DNA of 58,922 nucleotides from Rickettsiales bacterium (GTDB lineage Bacteria; Pseudomonadota; Alphaproteobacteria; Rickettsiales; UBA1997): NCBI GenBank assembly GCA_031287725.1, contig JAITSP010000026.1, positions 1 to 58,922 of the forward strand, read 5' to 3'. Shown piece by piece: positions 52,633 to 58,922 of this stretch (position 1 is its first letter; each line of letters starts with the position of its first letter). The notes under the pieces were generated by a model. It saw only the letters and a program-made list of their open reading frames with translations, ran no database searches and was not told where the DNA came from. The position numbers and the translations under genes were made by a program.

Positions 52633-54762
52633 ATGTTTAACATTGTTAGAAAGAAAATTAACTGGGGAAGCGTTTCGCTGAGCCTAGAGACGGGTAAAAT
52701 GGGAAGGCAGGCGAGCAGCGTCGTGGCTAGGGCTGGCGACACCATAGTCATGGCTAACGTGACCACGGCCACCAGAGAGACCACGGGCATAGACTTCGTG
52801 CCTCTGACAGTCTCCTACCTAGAGAGATTCTACGCGGCGGGACAGATACCACCGGGTTTCATAAAGAGAGAAACTAAGCCGAGCGAGCACGAGGTGCTGA
52901 TCTCTAGGTTGATTGACAGACCCGTGAGGCCACTCTTCCCCGCGGACTACAGGTATGAAACTAATGTGTTCTGTACTCTGCTCTCCTGTGACGAGAAGTT
53001 TCCGGTGGAGGTGCTAGCCAGCATAGCCGCTTCGGCAGCGCTGACTCTGTCTAGGGCCGCCTTCGATGGTCCAACGGCAGCCGTCAAAGTTGGCTACAGA
53101 AATGGTGAATTCGTCCTAAACCCACCAAAGCCCTTCGAAAATGGCGGAAGACTGGACCTGGTGGTGGCTGGCACGGAGGATTCGGTGCTCATGGTCGAAT
53201 CGGAGGTAAAGGAGTTGTCTGAGGCTGAGATGCTACTAGCAGTACAGTTTGCCCACAACGCTATGAAGCCGGTGATTGCCATGATAAATGAGCTGGCTGC
53301 AGACTTTTCCACAGAGAAACTTTCCGTTCCCGGTGGAGATAATTCCGCATTGGAGAGAGAAATCGAGGAATTTGCAAAGGAGGAGCTGGGCCAGGTCTTC
53401 CAGACCATAGATAAGCAGGAGAGAGTCGCCGCTCTTCAGGCTCTGAAGGATCGGCTAGTGGAGAGATTTGTTCCCGAAGGCTCCAGCGAGTCCCTGCAGA
53501 ATAGCGTGGATTCTATCTTTAAACATCTACAGAAGGATGTTGTGCGGCAGAAGCTGCTGACCTCGGGGAAGCGCATCGATGGCAGAGAGAAGGACCAGGT
53601 GCGACCGATAGAGGCGGAGGTGGATATTCTGCCGAGGTCTGCCGTGCACGGCTCAGCCCTCTTCACCAGAGGGGAGACCCAGTCGCTCTGCGTCCTTACT
53701 CTGGGTTCCAGCTACGATGAGCAGATCGTCGATGGTGTAGGGATGGATCTCTTCCGAGAGACATTCATGCTACACTATAATTTTCCTCCCTATTCGGTAG
53801 GGGAATGCGGTAAGCTTGGTTCTCCAGGAAGGAGGGAGGTAGGCCACGGCAAACTAGCCTGGAGAGCCTTGAATAACATAAGGGCCCCTAACGATGAGTT
53901 TCCCTACACGATCCGTCTGGTGTCCGAAATAACCGAGTCCAACGGCTCCTCCTCCATGGCCACCGTCTGTGCCGGCTCCATGGCCCTCATGGCCGGTGGG
54001 GTGCCCATGAGAGCTCCCGTGGCCGGCATAGCTATGGGTCTAGTTAAGGAGGGTGAGAGGTTTGTGGTGCTGACGGACATAATGGGCGACGAGGACTTCC
54101 TCGGAGACATGGACTTTAAGGTGGCAGGCACGAGAGACTCTATCACAGCGCTGCAGATGGATATAAAATGTAAGGGTGTGACCATGGACATCATGAAGGT
54201 GGCCCTGGATCAGGCAAAGGTCGGCAGACTGCACATACTGGGCGAGATGCTGAAGGCCATAGGCGAATCTAGAAAGGAATTGGCAGAGTCGGCACCCCGC
54301 ATGAAGATCATAAAGGTTCCGGTGGACAAGATCAAGGATGTCATTGGAAGTCAGGGTAAAAACATTAAGAACATAACCGAAACCACCAAGACCACCATAG
54401 ACATAAAGGATGATGGCACCATAAGGATACTAGCCGTGTCCAGCGAAAATGCCAACGAGGCTGTAAGAATGATAGAGAGTCTAACCTTTGAGCCAGAGAT
54501 TGGCAAGATCTACAATGGAAAGGTTGTTAAGATCCTTGACGTGGGTGCATTCGTTCAGCTGCCTAACAATGTGGATGGCTTTGTCCACGTTAGCGAACTG
54601 GCAGACTACCGGGTAGCCTTCGTGGACGATATCCTGACGGAGAACAGAGACATAAAGGTGAAGGTTCTAGGCTTTGACAAGAAGGGTAAGCCTAAGCTCA
54701 GCTACAAAGATGTTGACCAGAAGACTGGACAGGATGTGAGCCCGCGCAAAGTTAAAAAATAG
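52633..54762 (+). CDS. pnp: polyribonucleotide nucleotidyltransferase (PNPase)
   Basis: 709 aa with two RNase PH-like domains, a KH domain ('IKDVIGSQGKNIKNI') and an S1 domain ('GKIYNGKVVKILDVGAFVQL...GFVHVSEL'). Confidence 0.96.
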   Translation: MFNIVRKKINWGSVSLSLETGKMGRQASSVVARAGDTIVMANVTTATRETTGIDFVPLTVSYLERFYAAGQIPPGFIKRETKPSEHEVLISRLIDRPVRPLFPADYRYETNVFCTLLSCDEKFPVEVLASIAASAALTLSRAAFDGPTAAVKVGYRNGEFVLNPPKPFENGGRLDLVVAGTEDSVLMVESEVKELSEAEMLLAVQFAHNAMKPVIAMINELAADFSTEKLSVPGGDNSALEREIEEFAKEELGQVFQTIDKQERVAALQALKDRLVERFVPEGSSESLQNSVDSIFKHLQKDVVRQKLLTSGKRIDGREKDQVRPIEAEVDILPRSAVHGSALFTRGETQSLCVLTLGSSYDEQIVDGVGMDLFRETFMLHYNFPPYSVGECGKLGSPGRREVGHGKLAWRALNNIRAPNDEFPYTIRLVSEITESNGSSSMATVCAGSMALMAGGVPMRAPVAGIAMGLVKEGERFVVLTDIMGDEDFLGDMDFKVAGTRDSITALQMDIKCKGVTMDIMKVALDQAKVGRLHILGEMLKAIGESRKELAESAPRMKIIKVPVDKIKDVIGSQGKNIKNITETTKTTIDIKDDGTIRILAVSSENANEAVRMIESLTFEPEIGKIYNGKVVKILDVGAFVQLPNNVDGFVHVSELADYRVAFVDDILTENRDIKVKVLGFDKKGKPKLSYKDVDQKTGQDVSPRKVKK

Positions 54763-54801
54763 GGCGGAGAGAGAACTAGACGGGTTATCCATCGCCGCGG
54801 T

Positions 54802-54834
54802 CTGTGGGGGGGTTCCGAAGGAACCCCCCCACAG
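54802..54834 (+). terminator. GC-rich hairpin downstream of pnp
   Basis: 'ctgtgggggggttcc gaa ggaacccccccacag' is a perfect 15-bp stem, 40 nt after the pnp stop. Confidence 0.55.
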
Positions 54835-55048
54835 TGGTGTTTATCCAGGAGAGTACGACTACAGAGAGCACGGACTCTCTCTAGAGGGTGTTGCCGGGCA
54901 ACCGGCGGGCAACCGCCAGCGGGCAGCCGGCGGGAATTTTGGAATTTGAGAATTTGAATTTCGCCTTCCACCTCTGGCCTTTGTCACCACCAACTCTAGT
55001 TTTTCCAAGGACTTTTTCTGAGGACTGTCGCTACTCTGGACACAGACA

Positions 55049-55080
55049 GCCAGCCCGGGGGCGCTAGCCCCCGGGCTGGC
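55049..55080 (-). terminator. GC-rich hairpin downstream of the ankyrin-like gene
   Basis: 'gccagcccgggggc gcta gcccccgggctggc' is a perfect 14-bp stem, 80 nt after the stop at 55160 on the minus strand. Confidence 0.45.
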
Positions 55081-55159
55081 CCGGAGAAAAAACCTCCGGA
55101 GAAGAAAAATTATCCTCTAGGGCTCTTTTCTCCCTCCAGGACGAATCTAGGACGAACCT

Positions 55160-55681
55160 CTAGGAGAGTTTAAACCTTGCCCGAATCTTCTCCTTTATAG
55201 ACCCCAGTCTCTCCAGAAGGTTGCTGCTGAGCTTACCAAATGCGCTTTCGGCCATATTATTCTCAGACCACTCAGGACTTCTCTGCTCCTCCTCTAGCCT
55301 TCCCATCGCTCCCTCCACGATCTCCAGAGTTCTCTTAAAGATCAGAGTCGCGAGCTCAGAGTTTAGTTTACTTGTCAGAGACAGATCCTCGGTGAAAACA
55401 TCGGTTATAGCGTATTCTCCCCGAATTGTGTCTCCCAGATCGTTATAGATAACGATTGGGCAGGCTCCTCTGTCAAGGAGATATTTCACTATCTCGTCGT
55501 TTCCTGCCTCTATAGCGTCTCTCAGCATGAAGTGCATTCGCCGACTATCCTTGAGATCCGACGCCTCGTAGGAATCTATCTCCTTTTTAACTAGGTTTTT
55601 GTCAATTTTCTTTCCATCCCAGCTATCGCTGCCCCATAGAAAGTTAGAGATTATATTCTCTCTTGGACCAAATGATACCAT
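55160..55681 (-). CDS. small protein with an ankyrin-repeat-like segment
   Basis: 173 aa. 'MHFMLRDAIEAGNDEIVKYLLDRGACP' fits the ANK consensus (..L..Ai..Gn.eiVk.LL..GA.p). Only one clear repeat is visible. The leader is A/T-rich. Confidence 0.4.
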   Translation of the reverse strand: MVSFGPRENIISNFLWGSDSWDGKKIDKNLVKKEIDSYEASDLKDSRRMHFMLRDAIEAGNDEIVKYLLDRGACPIVIYNDLGDTIRGEYAITDVFTEDLSLTSKLNSELATLIFKRTLEIVEGAMGRLEEEQRSPEWSENNMAESAFGKLSSNLLERLGSIKEKIRARFKLS

Positions 55682-55993
55682 AATAACACATTTTTATTAA
55701 CTTGCTAAGTAGAGTAAGTTATATATATATAATAGTCAATAAGTTTTTGAACAAAAACTCCACGGCTCCAATTTCCTCTCCAGTCCCTCTCTCCAGAGAG
55801 GAGACTGGTGAACGGGGGCGAAAATTCAAGCTAAATTTCTTCATTCATCTCAAAAATGGCCAAAACAGTGCCAACCCCAACGGTCGCCGCCCATCCTACC
55901 GGAGGGCGGTGACCTAGTGGAAGGCCGATCCATAAATATGAGTCTGCCTACCCAGGGTTCGGCCCCGCCAGCACGCCACGCCAGCACGCCCCG

Positions 55994-58114
55994 CTAGCAT
56001 GTTTTAAATAGCACTCTCTCGGTGTGCTCTCCCCTTTTGCCTATGTTGAAGCTGTCCAGAGGACGGTGGTAGCCCATAACTCTGGTCCACACCTGGGCCT
56101 TTCGGTTACACTGGGGGCATATGTGCTGTTCTCCGTTCAGATATCCATGGGATGAGCAGACGGAGAATACCGGCGTTATGGTTATGTAGGGCAGCTTGTA
56201 GTTAGTTAGAACCTTCCTCACCAGATTTTTCGCAGCCTCTCCGTTCGGCAGTCTCTCGCTCATATAGAGGTGCAGCACCGTACCCCCGGTGTACTTGCAC
56301 TGTAGATCATTCTGCAGATCCAGAGCCTCAAAGGGATCATCAGTGTAGTTAGCAGGGATCTGGCTGCTGTTCGTGTAGTATATATTTTCATCATAGCCAG
56401 CCTGTATAATGTCTGGAAATCTCTTCTTATCTATTTTTGCAAATCGGTAGGTCGTGCCCTCGGCCGGGGTAGCCTCTAGGTTGTAGAGATTACCGGTTTC
56501 CTCCTGATACCTCTTCAGCCTATCCCGTATAAATTCCAGAATCTCTATGCTAAAATTCATACCCTCGGCGGAGGTCACATCGACGCTATCATGGGTAAAA
56601 TTTCTAATCATCTCGTTCATGCCGTTAACACCTATGGTGCTAAAGTGGTTCCTGAAACCCCTGAGATACCTTTTGGTGTAGGGGTAGAAGCCTCTGTCGT
56701 AGAGCTCCTGGACAAACACTCTTTTCTTCTCCAGTGTGGACTTTGCCAAATCCATGAGCCTTCCCAGCCTGAACAGCAGAGCCTCTCTATTGTCCTTGCA
56801 GAGGTAGCCCAGCCTGGCCATGTTTATGGTGACCACGCCTATGGAGCCGGTCATCTCGGCAGAGCCAAATAGACCATTCCCTCTCTTCAGCAGCTCCCTC
56901 AGGTCTAGCTGCAGTCTACAGCACATACTCCTCACGGCCTGGGGCTTGTAGGCCTCTGGATTTGGGACCAGCTCACCCTTCTCATTTCTGAGGTACTGGC
57001 TTCCGATGAAATTCTGGAAGTAGGAACTGCCGACCTTCGCCGTGTTCTCGAAGAGGGCGTTGGCGGCCTCCGTATCCCAGTTGAAGTCCTCGGTGATGTT
57101 GACCGTCGGTATTGGAAAGGTGAAGGGCTGCCCATCTCTGTCACCTCTGGTCATAATTTCATAGTAGGCCAGGTCTATCATCTCCAGTTCCCTCTGGAAA
57201 TGTTTATAGGTCAGATCCTCCAGAGAATTCACTCCCCTCTCCCTTGCCTTTCCGAGGAGGAGCTCATCACTAATATCTTTAAATAGGTGCACTCCGTTGC
57301 GGGTAGGTATCTGGTCCCTCAGATCACTGGGAACGGTGAAGTCCATGGTTACGTTAGTGAAGGGTGACTGGCCCCAGCGGGCTGGCACGTTCAGGTTGTA
57401 AATGAAACTGGTTATGGCCTCCTTTATTTCTCTGTGGTTTAGATTGTCCCTAAACACATAGGGGGCCAGGTAGGTGTCAAAGGAGGAGAATGCCTGGGCT
57501 CCGGCCCACTCCGACTGGAGTATGCCTAGAAAATTTGCCATCTGTCCGAGGGCAGTTCTGAAGTGACTCGGTGCCTCGGCAGAAACTCTTCCCTTGACCC
57601 CGTTGAAGCCCTCGTCCAGCAGGGCCCTCAGAGACCAGCCGGCACAGTAGCCGGTTAGACAGTCCAGATCATGGATGTGGTAGTCACCATCTCTGTGAGC
57701 GGCTCCCTCCTCTTCGGAATAGACATTGTCCAGCCAATAGTTGGCCGTCAGTTTTCCGGAAATGTTGCTAACCAGTCCTGCATTGCTATAGCCAACGTTG
57801 GCATTGGCATTTATTCTCCAGTCCTGCTTATCTATGTATTCCTGTATGGAAATCTTGGAACTCACCTTGGTATCCCTCTCTATCTTCTTGTCCAGAGATA
57901 TCTTTATAAACTCCTCCAGCACCTTAGTCAGTCCTAGCTTTGCCAGGGTGCTCTTTATGAGTTCCTCCATCTTCCCGTAGTCTTTTTCCTGGCCCTCCTC
58001 TAGTCCAACGGTCATAAATGCTTTATAGAAGGACGACAGGGAGCCCTCTCCGGCTTTCCTGAAGGCTGTTGCCACCTTATCTCTGATAATTGGCAGAAGG
58101 AGGATCTTATTCAT
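55994..58114 (-). CDS. nrdD: anaerobic ribonucleoside-triphosphate reductase (class III RNR)
   Basis: 706 aa. 'AVRSMCCRLQLDLREL', a C-terminal Zn site 'CSSHGYLNGEQHICPQC', and the glycyl-radical motif 'TRVMGYHRP' (RVxGY). Confidence 0.9.
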   Translation of the reverse strand: MNKILLLPIIRDKVATAFRKAGEGSLSSFYKAFMTVGLEEGQEKDYGKMEELIKSTLAKLGLTKVLEEFIKISLDKKIERDTKVSSKISIQEYIDKQDWRINANANVGYSNAGLVSNISGKLTANYWLDNVYSEEEGAAHRDGDYHIHDLDCLTGYCAGWSLRALLDEGFNGVKGRVSAEAPSHFRTALGQMANFLGILQSEWAGAQAFSSFDTYLAPYVFRDNLNHREIKEAITSFIYNLNVPARWGQSPFTNVTMDFTVPSDLRDQIPTRNGVHLFKDISDELLLGKARERGVNSLEDLTYKHFQRELEMIDLAYYEIMTRGDRDGQPFTFPIPTVNITEDFNWDTEAANALFENTAKVGSSYFQNFIGSQYLRNEKGELVPNPEAYKPQAVRSMCCRLQLDLRELLKRGNGLFGSAEMTGSIGVVTINMARLGYLCKDNREALLFRLGRLMDLAKSTLEKKRVFVQELYDRGFYPYTKRYLRGFRNHFSTIGVNGMNEMIRNFTHDSVDVTSAEGMNFSIEILEFIRDRLKRYQEETGNLYNLEATPAEGTTYRFAKIDKKRFPDIIQAGYDENIYYTNSSQIPANYTDDPFEALDLQNDLQCKYTGGTVLHLYMSERLPNGEAAKNLVRKVLTNYKLPYITITPVFSVCSSHGYLNGEQHICPQCNRKAQVWTRVMGYHRPLDSFNIGKRGEHTERVLFKTC

Positions 58115-58453
58115 AGGGTAACTACAAAAAATTGAAATATAACGATGAGACCAAGTCTAATGGACAATAGTTTCAAGACAAGGAGGTAAAAGTGGTTTAA
58201 TTACCCCTAAAGACTATTGACATTAAAAGGGCCTTACCCCTTCGAATTTATACAAAAAATAAGCATTTTTATTTTTTCCAACACAAACCAACAGTTGTAA
58301 ATTATTCATAATTTTAGGACATTTGCTGCCAAGAAGACAAAAAGTCCTATCCTAGGGCTATTCTCTAGTATTCCAGAGGTGGTCCTGGCCAGAGAAAAAA
58401 CGGTGAATGGAGATAAATTCTAGTTATGTGAGCTATATATTTATATATATTAC

Positions 58454-58481
58454 TTGATATGTAGAAATTTTGTGCTATAAT
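58454..58481 (+). promoter_or_regulatory. extended -10 sigma-70 promoter (TTGATA-16 nt-[TGc]TATAAT)
   Basis: TTGATA at 58454..58459, TGc at 58473..58475 and TATAAT at 58476..58481, 29 nt upstream of the ATG at 58510. Confidence 0.45.
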
Positions 58482-58509
58482 TGCTCTAAAGGACACTATC
58501 ACTTTTACC

Positions 58510-58922
58510 ATGTTGGCAGACTACAGAGCAAAACTAGAGAAATTTCTTAGCGAGGAGCTGGCGGAAAATAATTTGTTTCCAGATCTATTCGGACCCGGTG
58601 CCTGCGATAGGAAGATTAAACTTATTAACTCCAGAGGGTGTAGTGCCATCTGCAGAGTGTACAGCGAAAAGCTGGGGAAGCCGGTTATTTTAGAAATTCT
58701 GGAGGAAAACGAGAGAAAACCCATAGATACCGGTACTCTACCCTTGGTTCGGGGCTCTCTGGCTCTGGTGGAGTGCTACGGCCTGGAAAAAAGAAGAATT
58801 GCCGACAGGGAGAGCAATATCGTGGCCATGGAGTACTGTGAGGGGGGAAAACTAAAGAATATGCCGATCGGTGCCCGCAGGAACAGCATAGAGAAGAGTT
58901 TTAGCCATCTGCTGCTGGGACT
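58510..58922 (+). CDS. kinase-like protein, N-terminal part (ORF runs off the window end)
   Basis: Open frame from ATG 58510 to the window end; it is not in the ORF track because there is no stop. 'KLINSRGCSAICRVYSEKLGKPVILEIL' resembles a Gly-loop plus beta3, and 'IVAMEYCEGGKL' resembles the kinase hinge (lvmEYxxgGxL). Confidence 0.45.
   Translation, partial: MLADYRAKLEKFLSEELAENNLFPDLFGPGACDRKIKLINSRGCSAICRVYSEKLGKPVILEILEENERKPIDTGTLPLVRGSLALVECYGLEKRRIADRESNIVAMEYCEGGKLKNMPIGARRNSIEKSFSHLLLG

Overview
This 58.9-kb window looks like part of a reduced, host-associated proteobacterial genome. The lineage call is inference: it has an RpoH-type sigma factor, a short 435-aa ProRS and fragmented ribosomal-protein clusters, and it is possibly a Rickettsiales/Holosporales-like alphaproteobacterium.

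Most of the window is housekeeping:
- nfu-rpoH, and rpsL-rpsG-fusA without tuf
- rph-map
- an S10 cluster from rpsJ to rpsC that stops before rplP
- tkt, proS, tRNA-Arg(CCT), rppH-like, trxB, dnaJ, ctpA, rlmE
- a short dcw start (mraZ-rsmH-ftsL-ftsI)
- feoAB, rpsO-pnp and class III RNR nrdD

The accessory segments are rich in eukaryote-like or effector-like content:
1. 10.9-16.9 kb: a head-to-tail array of three paralogous eukaryotic-type kinase-fold genes plus a decayed fourth copy. Each intact copy has its own conserved promoter-like spacer, and 40-nt palindromic terminators separate the copies. The catalytic HRD/DFG residues are replaced, so these are predicted pseudokinases. All three share a near-identical extreme C-terminal tail.
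2. 22.1-26.1 kb: a 1189-aa protein whose N-terminus looks like a VirB2/TrbC type IV secretion pilin. It is fused to about 8 Sushi/CCP-like cysteine modules and an ALK/LTK-type glycine-rich domain. Its 3' end is broken by a frameshift and a decayed IS (rve) fragment.
3. 35.5-36.9 kb: an A/T-rich YopJ/CE-clan-like candidate effector beside the tRNA.
4. 50.2-51.7 kb: a membrane-anchored protein with two barstar-like domains and no visible cognate RNase.
5. Smaller items: an ankyrin-like protein, a second kinase-like gene running off the window end, a UDG-family-4 homolog with degenerate catalytic motifs, and several perfect GC-rich terminator hairpins.

The two strongest candidates for something undescribed are the pilin-adhesin chimera and the pseudokinase array. 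All family assignments come from reading the translations by eye. No database search was run.
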